From Promethearchaeota archaeon (GTDB taxonomy: Archaea; Asgardarchaeota; Lokiarchaeia; Sigyniarchaeales; SOKP01), in the NCBI GenBank assembly GCA_048939015.1, contig JBHLPW010000002.1, positions 32,001 through 96,000 of the forward strand: a stretch of DNA of 64,000 nucleotides. The letters are read 5' to 3'. Under the pieces are notes generated by a model. It was given only the letters and a program-made list of their open reading frames with translations, did not search any database and was not told the origin of the DNA. The translations under genes were made by a program, and so were the position numbers. Shown piece by piece: positions 34,997 to 45,428 of this stretch (the stretch's first letter is position 1; each line of letters opens with the position of its first letter).

Positions 34997-35815
34997 TTGA
35001 GTATGATTGAGAAATTCCTAGAAGGCAAGGGTGTTTTAATAACGGGGGGTGCAACTGGTTTTGGTAAAGGGGTTGCTTTTGAATATGCGAAAAGAGGTGC
35101 GGATTTAGTATTAGTAGACATAAAAGAAGAACAACTTGAAGATACTGCTAAGGAACTTAGAACCAGATACAAACAAAAGATCATTCCTATAATTTGTGAT
35201 GTATCAAAATCAGATCAAGTACAAGAAATGGTAAAACAGACTTTAGAAGAATTAGATAATGTATATATTCTATTTAATAATGCGGGAATATCACCTCATT
35301 ATAGCTTAAACGTATTTAGAACAAACGAAGATGAGTATGATCTAATAATGAATACAAATCTTAAAGGACAATGGTTAGTAGCCAGAGTGTTGGCAAAGAA
35401 GATGAGCCGTCAAAAATTTAGCCCATTAGCAGGAAAAATAATTTGTAATGCATCTATTGCTGGTGTAAAGCCAAATTCTGCTCTTCCAATATATAGCATC
35501 TCGAAAAGCGGTGTCATTTCTTTAATGAAAATACTTGCTCATGATTTAGCCCCTAAAGTAACTGTTAATTCGATTTCTCCTGGATATCATGTAACTCCAA
35601 TTTATAATAGTGATCCAGACTTAATTAAACAAATGTTAAGAGAAGGATATGTTAAGACTCCTTTAAATAGGCTAGGTACTGTAGAAGATGTAGTCAATTT
35701 AATGTTATTTTTAGCATCTCCTGAATCTGATTTCATTACTGGTCATAATTTTATGATTGATGGTGGGTTAGGTGATGCAGGAATAACAGCAACATTCTTA
35801 AAATCAGAAATTTAA
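34997..35815 (+). CDS. SDR-family oxidoreductase
   Basis: TGGATGFG, NNAG, YSISK and ITG..F.IDGG motifs. Confidence 0.92.
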   Translation: MSMIEKFLEGKGVLITGGATGFGKGVAFEYAKRGADLVLVDIKEEQLEDTAKELRTRYKQKIIPIICDVSKSDQVQEMVKQTLEELDNVYILFNNAGISPHYSLNVFRTNEDEYDLIMNTNLKGQWLVARVLAKKMSRQKFSPLAGKIICNASIAGVKPNSALPIYSISKSGVISLMKILAHDLAPKVTVNSISPGYHVTPIYNSDPDLIKQMLREGYVKTPLNRLGTVEDVVNLMLFLASPESDFITGHNFMIDGGLGDAGITATFLKSEI

Positions 35816-35845
35816 TTTCAAGTATAAGATATTTAGTGGAAAAAA

Positions 35846-36658
35846 ATGAGTGAGAATTTTTTAGAAGGAAAAGGTGCTCTTATTACTGGTGGAGCATCTG
35901 GTTTTGGGAAGGGGACCGCTCTTGAATATGCAAAAAGAGGTGCTGATATTGTATTAGTGGATATTAATGAAGATTCTTTAGAAGAAACATCAAAATACAT
36001 TGAAGGAGAAACTAATAGAAGGATTATTCCTATTGTTTGTGATGTCTCTCAAATTACTCAAGTTAAAAAGATGGCAAAACAAGCATTTGAGGAGTTAGAC
36101 AATATTTATGTATTATTTAACAACGCAGGAATAGCTCCAGGATACGGAAAAGATATCTTAAAAGTAAATGAAGATATCTGGGATTCTACACTAAACATAA
36201 ATCTTAAAGGTCAATGGTTAGTTTCTAAATTTATTTGTCGTAACATGAAAAGACAGAAATTTGAACCCTTAGCGGGCAAAGTAATTCATATGGCATCCGA
36301 TTTTGGAGTAACCGTTGATATAACTGTTCCTGTTTATAGTATCAGTAAAGCAGCAATAATTACCTTAATGCAAACTTTCGCAATAACATTAGCGCCTAGA
36401 ATAGCAGTAAATTCTATCTCGCCTGGATATCATCTTACTGGTATTTATGGAAATTCTAAGGAAGTAATGATTGAGACGATGAAGATTGGTAATGTGAAGA
36501 CCCCTTTGAACCGAGTAGGAACGGTAGAGGATGTTGTGAATGTGGCACTTTTTTTAGCCTCACCATTATCCAATTTTATTACAGGTCATAACTTCTTAGT
36601 TGATGGTGGTATATCGGAAGTAGGAGTACCACCAAATTATTTCAAAACAGATATATAA
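35846..36658 (+). CDS. SDR-family oxidoreductase (tandem paralog)
   Basis: TGGASGFG, NNAG, YSISK; closely similar to the upstream SDR. Confidence 0.92.
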   Translation: MSENFLEGKGALITGGASGFGKGTALEYAKRGADIVLVDINEDSLEETSKYIEGETNRRIIPIVCDVSQITQVKKMAKQAFEELDNIYVLFNNAGIAPGYGKDILKVNEDIWDSTLNINLKGQWLVSKFICRNMKRQKFEPLAGKVIHMASDFGVTVDITVPVYSISKAAIITLMQTFAITLAPRIAVNSISPGYHLTGIYGNSKEVMIETMKIGNVKTPLNRVGTVEDVVNVALFLASPLSNFITGHNFLVDGGISEVGVPPNYFKTDI

Positions 36659-36672
36659 AATTCTAAATTGAG

Positions 36673-37092
36673 GTGAAAAATATGTTAAATATTATGATGG
36701 CAATATTTCAAACAATATGGGTTTTTCTTTTCGTAGGGTATTGGCTAGTATTTTATATTACTGAGTATAAGAAAGGTAAAATGCCAGAAGTGGAATACAA
36801 ACATGAAATTTCATTTCCATTTCCAGATTTGGGATGGATTATGCCAAATCTTATCGTGGCTGCGATTGGATTATTTTTAAACCAAAATTTTGGTTACTTT
36901 TTCTCCGCTTTAGCTGGTAGTGGGATGATGTTTTTAGGAATTATTGATCTCGCCTTTGATATTCAAAATGAGAAGTTTAATAGAGAAAAATATGGATTTG
37001 ATGCAGTTGTCAGCATGGGAGTTGTTATCTTAACATTAATTTTCGGTCCAATTTTTATTATTTACGGAGCTTTTGGCTTAGGACTTTTTTAG
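36673..37092 (+). CDS. 4-TM membrane protein of unknown function
   Basis: Four hydrophobic segments; operon-like spacing with its neighbours. Confidence 0.7.
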   Translation: MKNMLNIMMAIFQTIWVFLFVGYWLVFYITEYKKGKMPEVEYKHEISFPFPDLGWIMPNLIVAAIGLFLNQNFGYFFSALAGSGMMFLGIIDLAFDIQNEKFNREKYGFDAVVSMGVVILTLIFGPIFIIYGAFGLGLF

Positions 37093-37112
37093 TCTGATTT
37101 GGTGATGTAAAA

Positions 37113-37994
37113 ATGGCAAAAGAAAAATTAATTAAAAAACAGCCTTTTAAAGGAAAATTAGCTTTTTTAATTGGTGCTTCAACTGGAATGGGTCGAGCAG
37201 CAGCAAAGGAATTTGTACAATTAGGAGGGAGTGTTTTAATAGTCGCTCGTCGTCAGAATGTTTTAGAAGAAGCTGGTGAAGAAATTAAGAAAAATATTTT
37301 TGATGATTCTCAATTTGTTGAAATTATTTCCTGTGATGCAACCAATATGGAGAAGTTGAAACCTCTAATCGAAGGTTTTATTAAGAATCATGGAGTTCCA
37401 GACTATTTATTTAATCTAGTAGGATTTGCAATACCAGGTTATATAGAAAACTACACTCTTGATGATTTTAAGAATAATATGAATGTGAATTACTATGGGC
37501 AATTGGTACCAACTCTTATTCTACTACCATATTTTATAAAAGAAAAGAGAGGGCATATAATCTTCTTTTCATCCTTGTTAGGATTTATGGGAATGATGGG
37601 ATATGGTGCATATATTCCAACCAAGTTTGCTATTGTTGGGTTAGCAGAATCCTTACGTAATGAATTGAAACCTCATAATATAAAAATTTCAGTAGTTTAT
37701 CCCCCTGATACCAATACTCCTGGGCTCTCAACAGAAAATGAAGGGAAACCACCAGAATGTGTAATAATGTCAGAAACAGGAGGACTCTTAGAACCTGAAG
37801 AAGTCGCAGAATATGTTATTAAAAAGGTTATGAAAAATAAACTTCATATATCTCCAGGTAATGCAAAACCGATTCGTTACATTCATAGGATCTTTCCTAA
37901 ACTTGTTAGATGGTTCATGGATAGAGATTATAAAAAAGCACGTAAAAAATTAAGGAAAAAACAACTCAAAAGTAAAGAAGATCCACCCAAATAG
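37113..37994 (+). CDS. SDR, 3-ketodihydrosphingosine reductase (KDSR)-like subgroup
   Basis: GASTGMG and YIPTKFAIVGLAESLRNE, plus the KDSR-type YPPDTNTPG...EN..KP.E segment. Confidence 0.75.
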   Translation: MAKEKLIKKQPFKGKLAFLIGASTGMGRAAAKEFVQLGGSVLIVARRQNVLEEAGEEIKKNIFDDSQFVEIISCDATNMEKLKPLIEGFIKNHGVPDYLFNLVGFAIPGYIENYTLDDFKNNMNVNYYGQLVPTLILLPYFIKEKRGHIIFFSSLLGFMGMMGYGAYIPTKFAIVGLAESLRNELKPHNIKISVVYPPDTNTPGLSTENEGKPPECVIMSETGGLLEPEEVAEYVIKKVMKNKLHISPGNAKPIRYIHRIFPKLVRWFMDRDYKKARKKLRKKQLKSKEDPPK

Positions 37995-38029
37995 TAATAT
38001 TTGTTAACATGTGCTAACTTTGACAAGAA

Positions 38030-38677
38030 TTATTTAGACTTTGAATTTTTCTCTTTTTTTTTTGCAAATATATATCTTAATTTATGAGTATGAGGTCCAA
38101 GATCACCATGATTCTCATTCTCCTCAATAATATCCGTTTCAATTACAGTAAAGCTTTTGAAATGCTCTATTAAATCTTGTTCTGAAAAATAATGAGTTGG
38201 TCTGTAAGGTTTGCTTTCAAAAGTGTTTTCCTCTATTAAATTGCCTTTACCATAACTATTCTCTTTGTCTGAAAATACTGAAAAAAATGCAAATCCATTA
38301 TTTTTCAATTGTCTATAACATTTATCTATGAATAATACTCGTTCATTTCTAAGTAATAAATGCAAAAGGTTATAACAAAATATAGCATCATATATTTCAC
38401 TACTAAATGGCATATCTAACACCGAACCTAAGATGAAATTAGATTTTGTATCAAATTCTCTAGCGATATTTAGACCTTCTTCAGAAATTTCAATTCCAGT
38501 TACTTGGTAGTTATTTTTTGAAAAAAGTTTAGTATGACGTCCATAACCTGCACCAGGAATTAGAATTGTAGTTATTTCATGTTTTTTAAACAATTTTAGA
38601 GCATAAAAAGCCGTTTTACTTGGTTCAATTCCCCAAATCTTTCCTTTTTCTGAGAACCTATTATTCCAATATTCCAT
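38030..38677 (-). CDS. Class I SAM-dependent methyltransferase
   Basis: LIPGAGYGRH, TGIEIS and YDAIF motifs. Confidence 0.88.
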   Translation of the reverse strand: MEYWNNRFSEKGKIWGIEPSKTAFYALKLFKKHEITTILIPGAGYGRHTKLFSKNNYQVTGIEISEEGLNIAREFDTKSNFILGSVLDMPFSSEIYDAIFCYNLLHLLLRNERVLFIDKCYRQLKNNGFAFFSVFSDKENSYGKGNLIEENTFESKPYRPTHYFSEQDLIEHFKSFTVIETDIIEENENHGDLGPHTHKLRYIFAKKKEKNSKSK

Positions 38678-38817
38678 AGATGCTTATTGATAATTGAATT
38701 AGAAGGTTTAATTATTCAAATTTAGAATATTTTAATAAATAATAAAATTTCTATTTAATTGGTTTTAAAGTTAGAATATACTGAATAAAACCAAAAATCG
38801 AAGATTTATTTAACAAA

Positions 38818-39921
38818 ATGAAAAAAATTGGCTTAATTATAAATCCAATTGCTGGAATGGGCGGAACTGTAGGTCTTAAAGGAACTGATGGTGATATATA
38901 TAAAGAAGCAATAAAGATGGGTGCTACACCAGTAACTCCAATCCGAGCAAATGAGTTGTTATCGAATGTAAAAAATAAAAACAAGATTACGCTTTTGGTG
39001 GCACCAGGTAAGATGGGAGCCGATGTTTTGCAAGATCTTGATATGGATTATACGATCATAGGAGAAATTAGTAAAGATACGACAAAAGAAGACACAAAAA
39101 GAATTGCAAGACAACTGGTTAGTGAAAGTATTGATCTATTAATCTTTTGTGGAGGAGATGGAACCGCACGAGATATATTTGACTCAGTTGGGTTAGAAAA
39201 GCCAGTGCTTGCATTACCGGCAGGAGTAAAAATGTTTAGTTCTGTTTTTGCTATTAATCCAAGAGCAGCAGCACAAATTCTAGATAGATTTATCGAGGAA
39301 ACCATTGAAACACATGAAAAAGAAGTTCTTGATATTGATGAGGAACTTTTTCGTAAAAATATATTACAAGCAAAATTATATGGATATTTGAAGGTTCCTA
39401 AAATTTTAAGCTTAATACAATCTGGAAAAACAGGTTCTGGATCTGGAAGAACTATTGAAGAAAATAAACAGGAAATCGCTCAATTTATTATTGAAAATAT
39501 GCAAGATGATGTTTTATATTTTTTAGGACCCGGTACTACAATAAAAGCTATAACCGACAATTTAAGCTTACCTAAAACGCTTTTGGGGATAGATGCTGTT
39601 TATAATAAAAAGGTTATTGGAAAAGATTTGAATGAAAAAGGTTTAATTGAATTACTAAACAAATATAATAATGCAAAAATAATTATTTCTCCTATTGGAG
39701 GGCAAGGATTTATTTTTGGACGGGGAAATAAACAAATTACACCTAAAATTCTAAGAATGATTGGAAAAGAAAATATAAAGATAATATCGACTGTAGTAAA
39801 AATGAGAGAACTAGATTGTTTAAGAGTGGATACCGGAGACGCTGAGATTGATAAACTATTGAGTGGATTCGGGAAGGTTATTACAGGATACAAGGAAGAA
39901 CTTGTTGTTAAAATAGAATAA
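38818..39921 (+). CDS. ATP-NAD kinase / AcoX-like family protein
   Basis: INPIAGMGG..GLKGTDG, GGDGTARD, PAGVKMFS and GGQGFIFGRGN motifs. Confidence 0.88.
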   Translation: MKKIGLIINPIAGMGGTVGLKGTDGDIYKEAIKMGATPVTPIRANELLSNVKNKNKITLLVAPGKMGADVLQDLDMDYTIIGEISKDTTKEDTKRIARQLVSESIDLLIFCGGDGTARDIFDSVGLEKPVLALPAGVKMFSSVFAINPRAAAQILDRFIEETIETHEKEVLDIDEELFRKNILQAKLYGYLKVPKILSLIQSGKTGSGSGRTIEENKQEIAQFIIENMQDDVLYFLGPGTTIKAITDNLSLPKTLLGIDAVYNKKVIGKDLNEKGLIELLNKYNNAKIIISPIGGQGFIFGRGNKQITPKILRMIGKENIKIISTVVKMRELDCLRVDTGDAEIDKLLSGFGKVITGYKEELVVKIE

Positions 39922-39943
39922 TCTATTCGAAATGGTTTTCACC

Positions 39944-40900
39944 TTATAATGGATCAAATGCGTTAATTTCTTCAAGGAGATCTAATACTTTTATACAATA
40001 CTTGTCTCTTTTTTTAAGGATTTCTTCCTCACTACGACCCTGATAATCATAAAAACCTTTACCTGTTTTAATTCCAAGATATCCTTGTTTTACTAAGTTT
40101 TCAACTTGTGGGTATCTTTTATTAGTTCTAAATTCTTTCTGTTTATCAAGAATTAATTCAAGACCAGTGAAATCCTGAGACTGAACAACTCCTTGCACAG
40201 GAAGTCTTACACCAAGAATTGTTTTCACTGCAAAGTCAATTTGCTCGGGTGTAGCCCACCCTTTTTGTAACATCTCATAAATTTGTACAAAAATTACTCT
40301 TTGAATACGGTTGAGGATAAAACTGTCCACATACTCCTTCATGACAAGTGGTTTTTTTCCTAGTTGTTCCATTAATTTTACTGAAAAATCAATAGTTTCT
40401 TGTGAAGTTTTTGATCCAGGAACGATTTCAACCAATGGCAATATATAAGCAGGACAAAACCAATGGTGAATAATTAATCGTTCTGGTTTTTTCACATCTG
40501 CTATATCATATATGTTTAATCCAGAGGTATTACTTGCTAAAATGGCATTTTCTGAACAATAATTGTTTAAATTCATTAAAAGATCTTTCTTTATATTTGC
40601 AATTTCATTTACAGCTTCAACCACTAGATCTGCCCTTTGAGCACAAGGTTTAAGTTCAGTTGTTAAATTAATTCTATTTAAAATAGCTGAAATCTCATTA
40701 GATGATATCTTTTCTAACTCTTCTAATAAAGATAGGTTTGATTTTATTAATTTACTAGCACGTTTTAAAGTAATTGGATTTTTATCAACTAAATCAACCA
40801 TAAATCCATGTTGTGCATAAACTTGTGCTATTGCATGTCCCATTGTACCTGCACCAACAACTACAACATGTTCAATTTCATTTAATTTCATAAACACCAA
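39944..40900 (-). CDS. 3-hydroxyacyl-CoA dehydrogenase family protein
   Basis: GAGTMG, EAVNE, ASNTS, H..P....LVE and LGIKTGKGFYDY motifs. Confidence 0.92.
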   Translation of the reverse strand: MVFMKLNEIEHVVVVGAGTMGHAIAQVYAQHGFMVDLVDKNPITLKRASKLIKSNLSLLEELEKISSNEISAILNRINLTTELKPCAQRADLVVEAVNEIANIKKDLLMNLNNYCSENAILASNTSGLNIYDIADVKKPERLIIHHWFCPAYILPLVEIVPGSKTSQETIDFSVKLMEQLGKKPLVMKEYVDSFILNRIQRVIFVQIYEMLQKGWATPEQIDFAVKTILGVRLPVQGVVQSQDFTGLELILDKQKEFRTNKRYPQVENLVKQGYLGIKTGKGFYDYQGRSEEEILKKRDKYCIKVLDLLEEINAFDPL

Positions 40901-40990
40901 ATTTGAATCTATTATTGTAAATATATTTTTCTAAGTAAATATAAAAAAGTACATTCAAATATTAAGCTTTAAGAAGTAGGAGATTATTAA

Positions 40991-42874
40991 CTATTTTATT
41001 ATATTCATTTCTTTTAATTTTTCTTCAGATGGCTTACCTGTCGCCCAATCCCAACCTCTTTTATCATAATAAACTTTCAAGCTATCTTCTAAATTTAATT
41101 TTACATGAACAGTTTTACCAGATTCTAATTCTTCAGTTAATATACCCGGAAGTTTATCATCTTCTCTAGTAATTCCTAAATTACAATTAATTACTCTTTT
41201 TAAATTATTAATGTGTTCTCCAACTTTCAACAAAGACTTTTTATTATAATTAAATCCAGTAGAGGCATTAATATGTCCGACAATATGTTCCAAACTAAGA
41301 TTTACAAACGCACAGTTTACAGCAGAATCATCTATAGCCCTGATATCCTGTAAGGCGATAACTCCTTTTTCTCTCCCCTTAATTAATGATCTGCTTTTCC
41401 CAATTTTCACACGTAGTTCTGGATAAGAGGCAGTAGTTATTTCAACACTATACCAATCACATTTTTGATGGCTTCCTCCTATACAAGCAGTAATATAACT
41501 TAACGCTTGCCCAGCAAATGCCCTTGGATCATGCATTGGCATTTCTAACCCTTTTACATGAGCGGCCAATTCAGGATTAACATTAAGTTTTATCGCCATT
41601 TTTCTTACTCCTTCAGCAAGTAAATTACCTATTCCATCCCTCTTTGCAATTTTCTCAATTAGTTTTAATAGAATAGCTCCATTATTCCATTTTAATTCTT
41701 CCAGAGTTATTTCATTTAACAATTGATTGATATTATCACTCTGTAAATCATTTTCAACTAAATATATCAAAAAAGCAATACTCACACCACATGAGATTGT
41801 ATCAATCCCAAATAAATTACATAAATGGTTAGCTAAAATGACATCTTTAGATTCATAAATACCTAATAAAGGGCCGAATGCAGCAACAGTTTCATACTCA
41901 GGACCATCGACTTTTATTTCCTTGCCATTATCTTGAATAATCGTTTGTTTACCACATCTTACAGTACAACCAGCACATCCATAGTCTAGGACGGGATATT
42001 TTTCTCTTAATGTTTTCCCTGTTAACTTTTCTGCGGGAAATTCAGTCTCTGTAAAATAATATGCAGGTGTATCACCAAGAGCCATCCCAATATCGAGGTA
42101 ACAATTTGTTCCATATAAACTGTATAAAAGTGGTGTAGTCGTTTTAAGGAGATTTCCTTTTTTTGCTTCTTCGTCTTCCTTTATTAATTTTCTACCTATA
42201 GTAGGATCTGCGATTGTAATTTTTTCAGTGCCATGAATAGCAATAGCTTTTAATTTCTTTGAACCCATTAGAGCCCCTAAACCACATCTCCCAATAGCTC
42301 TCCCTTCATCATTAATAATCCCTGCATATTTTACAAGATTTTCTCCACCACTCCCTATAGTAGCAACTCTAATTCTTTCGTTATTTAGCTCATTCTTAAT
42401 TAATGTCTGTGTTTCATATGTATTTTTGCCCCATAGTTTACTAGCATCTTTAAATTCTATAATTTTCTCATGAATGTATAGATATATGGGATCTTTTGAT
42501 TTTCCATTAATAACTATAGCGTCAAACCCGCAATTTCTAAGAGAAATACAAAAAAATCCTCCTGAGGTTCCTTCTCCCCAAATCCCTGTCAGTGGTGAAA
42601 TCCCTGTTACAGCATACCTGCCAGAAGATGGTCTTATAGTTCCTGTTAAAGGTCCAGTAGAAAAAATTAAAGGATTTCTTTCTGAAAGGGGGTCATTTTT
42701 TAAAACGTCATAATCGTCATCCGATAACAAATCATATGTTAATTTAGCGCTTAATCCAGTCCCACCAAGAAATTGTTTTGCAATTTGAGTTTCAAGATCT
42801 TTTATATCAATTTTTTGATTTGTCAAATCAACATATGCAATTTTTCCATTATATCCATATTCTACTTTTTCCAT
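40991..42874 (-). CDS. aor: Tungsten-dependent aldehyde:ferredoxin oxidoreductase family protein
   Basis: SPLTG..G...SGG, GRCGLGALMGSKKLKAI, CAGCTVRC, GPEYET, GIDTISCG and VKGLEMPMHDPR motifs. Confidence 0.92.
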   Translation of the reverse strand: MEKVEYGYNGKIAYVDLTNQKIDIKDLETQIAKQFLGGTGLSAKLTYDLLSDDDYDVLKNDPLSERNPLIFSTGPLTGTIRPSSGRYAVTGISPLTGIWGEGTSGGFFCISLRNCGFDAIVINGKSKDPIYLYIHEKIIEFKDASKLWGKNTYETQTLIKNELNNERIRVATIGSGGENLVKYAGIINDEGRAIGRCGLGALMGSKKLKAIAIHGTEKITIADPTIGRKLIKEDEEAKKGNLLKTTTPLLYSLYGTNCYLDIGMALGDTPAYYFTETEFPAEKLTGKTLREKYPVLDYGCAGCTVRCGKQTIIQDNGKEIKVDGPEYETVAAFGPLLGIYESKDVILANHLCNLFGIDTISCGVSIAFLIYLVENDLQSDNINQLLNEITLEELKWNNGAILLKLIEKIAKRDGIGNLLAEGVRKMAIKLNVNPELAAHVKGLEMPMHDPRAFAGQALSYITACIGGSHQKCDWYSVEITTASYPELRVKIGKSRSLIKGREKGVIALQDIRAIDDSAVNCAFVNLSLEHIVGHINASTGFNYNKKSLLKVGEHINNLKRVINCNLGITREDDKLPGILTEELESGKTVHVKLNLEDSLKVYYDKRGWDWATGKPSEEKLKEMNIIK

Positions 42875-42896
42875 ATTATTAACCTTCGACTTTTGA

Positions 42897-44183
42897 TTAA
42901 AAGTTTATAAACCTTCCATCCCAAGCATATTCAAAAATTTTTCTATACATTTCTTCATTAATAGGACGATACGTAGTTAAGGTTACAGCATCATTTAGAG
43001 CATAATCTACTAATTTATCTAATTTTTTGATGTATTCATCTTCAGTTATTTTTGGTTTTTTTATATCTCTAACACATGTAGGACCATCAACTGAACTGAT
43101 GAAATTTTTGAGTGATTGAATAAATTCTTTTAACAAATTGTCCTTATTCTTATTTTCTGTGGATATGCCGAAAATAGGGCATAACGGTATCCATCTATCA
43201 GTAACTTTCGCTTTAAAAGCAATACCATATGACAAGAATAAACTTACAGCAATCCCATGATGGACACTGAATATTTTTCCAAAACTATGGCCTAAGGCAT
43301 GATTTATTCCAGGAGCCATATTACCATATGATCCAAATGCGGCTAAAGTTGAAGCCATTTGCATATGACTTCGAGCTTCAATATCTTTCCCACCATATTT
43401 ATAGGATCGTGGAAGATATTTCACAATTTCTTCAATGGTGGTTTTATTGGTTGCATCAAAATAAGGATTACCCCAGTTTGTGGTAAATGATCCCATTGCA
43501 TGAGCTAATGCATCTAAGCCTGTAGCCATGGTTAAAAAAGGTGGCAAATCTTTAACAAAATCTGGATCTAATATGGTCATATCTGCTAGTAATTCTTCAT
43601 GTACAACCTCAATCTTTTTTGGGGGATCTCTTGAAGTATCAGTAATTAAAGCTGCTGTAGCAATTTCAGAGCCTGTTCCTGCAGTAGTCGGTATAGCAAT
43701 TAAGTATTTAATCTTTTGGCGTAATCCCAATGCTGCTCCTATACTAGGTAATATCATGAAAAGATTTTGCTTAGGTTTTTCATATTTCACCATAACCATC
43801 TTGGCTGTGTCCATTACACTTCCACCTCCAATAGCAATTATTATTTTTGGAGTGTATTCTTCACAAATTTTTGCTCCTTCATCAATAGTTTGAAGTGGTA
43901 CTTCTGGTAAAACCCCTGACCAAACCTTGTAGTCCATACCTATTAGGTCTAAAAATTCTTCTAAATTGTTAACAAATTTTTTTGTAAAATCATCAGTGAT
44001 AATTAAAGCCTTTCTTTCCTCCTTATTAATAGTTGCTTCTAAATATCTAAAAACCTTTAGTACAGCTGATTTCCCAGTATATATTCTTGATAAGAAAAAA
44101 TTAGTTTCTAAACCTCTTACAGCTCTAGCTCCCAAAATGGGCATCAGATCTTTAATTATTTGTGACTCATACCAAGTAGGCAT
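42897..44183 (-). CDS. Iron-containing alcohol dehydrogenase
   Basis: GGGSVMD, PTTAGTGSE, DALAH and HALGH...HG motifs. Confidence 0.92.
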   Translation of the reverse strand: MPTWYESQIIKDLMPILGARAVRGLETNFFLSRIYTGKSAVLKVFRYLEATINKEERKALIITDDFTKKFVNNLEEFLDLIGMDYKVWSGVLPEVPLQTIDEGAKICEEYTPKIIIAIGGGSVMDTAKMVMVKYEKPKQNLFMILPSIGAALGLRQKIKYLIAIPTTAGTGSEIATAALITDTSRDPPKKIEVVHEELLADMTILDPDFVKDLPPFLTMATGLDALAHAMGSFTTNWGNPYFDATNKTTIEEIVKYLPRSYKYGGKDIEARSHMQMASTLAAFGSYGNMAPGINHALGHSFGKIFSVHHGIAVSLFLSYGIAFKAKVTDRWIPLCPIFGISTENKNKDNLLKEFIQSLKNFISSVDGPTCVRDIKKPKITEDEYIKKLDKLVDYALNDAVTLTTYRPINEEMYRKIFEYAWDGRFINF

Positions 44184-44355
44184 TACTAAATCCCTATATA
44201 ATCTTATTTATTTACCTTTTTGAATAATAAATAGTAAAAGTTGATTCAATAAAAAAACATTTTTAATATCATTTTTCGATACTATCATAAGTAAGAAATT
44301 GATTATTGGTTTTCATAGTAAATATTGAAATTTATAATTACTGGGTGTTAAAATT

Positions 44356-45339
44356 ATGAAAATAAGATTGAATATGAATGAAATGTACAAAACACCACCA
44401 AAAGATATAATTATTTCAGCAAAAGAAAGTATTGATCAGATTAACAGATATACTCCTCAAAAAGAAGTAGATCTTTTAGTAGAACACTTGTCACAATATA
44501 CAAAAGCACCTTGTGAATCCATATTTTTAAGCTCTGGTTCAGATCTCTTAATTAAAGAATTTATCTTTTTATTTTCAGATAATAGACAAATAATAATTCC
44601 AGATCCAACTTTTATCGTAATTAATAATGCTGCACAGAATACTGACTCCTCTCTACTAAAAATTAAATTAAATGAACCTACTTTTAAAATTTCCATAGAA
44701 GCTTTTATTGATGAATTGACGACTCCATCTTTGATTGTGTTCGATAATCCTAATAATCCCACTGGAAATTTGATTATAACTCAGAAAGATATTGAGACCA
44801 TATTAGAATACGAAAATGTTATTCTATTAATTGATGAAGCTTATTTCGAATTCTCTAAAGTCAGTTACATCAACTTAGTAAATAAGTATCCTAATTTAGC
44901 TATATTGAGAACATTGAGTAAATCATTTGGATTAGCAGGATCAGGAATTGGGTATTTAATTGCAGGAGACCTAATACGTAAAAGGTTCCATGGATTAGAT
45001 ATCATGCTTCCATATCCGAGCGTAGTTGCTGGGATAAAAGCTTTAGAACATCAGAAATATATGCAAGATTATATCGATGAAATTGCGATTGAAAAAAGAA
45101 GAGTTGCCAATATCGTTTCAGAACTAGGGATTTCTGTTTATTCAAGTTATACAAATTTTTTACTAATGAAGACTGAAGTAAAAAATATTTCAGAAAAGCT
45201 AGCAGAACATGGTGTAATAGTACATGATGCATCAAATCAATTAAGTTCAGAGTATTTTAGAGTTACCATAGGTTCTGAAAAAGAAAATAACTTTTTTTTA
45301 GATGTTCTAAAAAGTATTTTAATTAATGTTAAGGAATGA
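44356..45339 (+). CDS. hisC: Histidinol-phosphate aminotransferase-like PLP enzyme
   Basis: RLNMNE, NPNNPTG, DEAYFEF and RTLSKSFGLAG motifs. Confidence 0.75.
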   Translation: MKIRLNMNEMYKTPPKDIIISAKESIDQINRYTPQKEVDLLVEHLSQYTKAPCESIFLSSGSDLLIKEFIFLFSDNRQIIIPDPTFIVINNAAQNTDSSLLKIKLNEPTFKISIEAFIDELTTPSLIVFDNPNNPTGNLIITQKDIETILEYENVILLIDEAYFEFSKVSYINLVNKYPNLAILRTLSKSFGLAGSGIGYLIAGDLIRKRFHGLDIMLPYPSVVAGIKALEHQKYMQDYIDEIAIEKRRVANIVSELGISVYSSYTNFLLMKTEVKNISEKLAEHGVIVHDASNQLSSEYFRVTIGSEKENNFFLDVLKSILINVKE

Positions 45340-45428
45340 GCAAAATTTTATTATAAATCATAGCTAAATGTATTCTATTAAAATTATTTTTATTATAAAA
45401 TGGTAAATTCTGAAATTTAGGTGATTAT

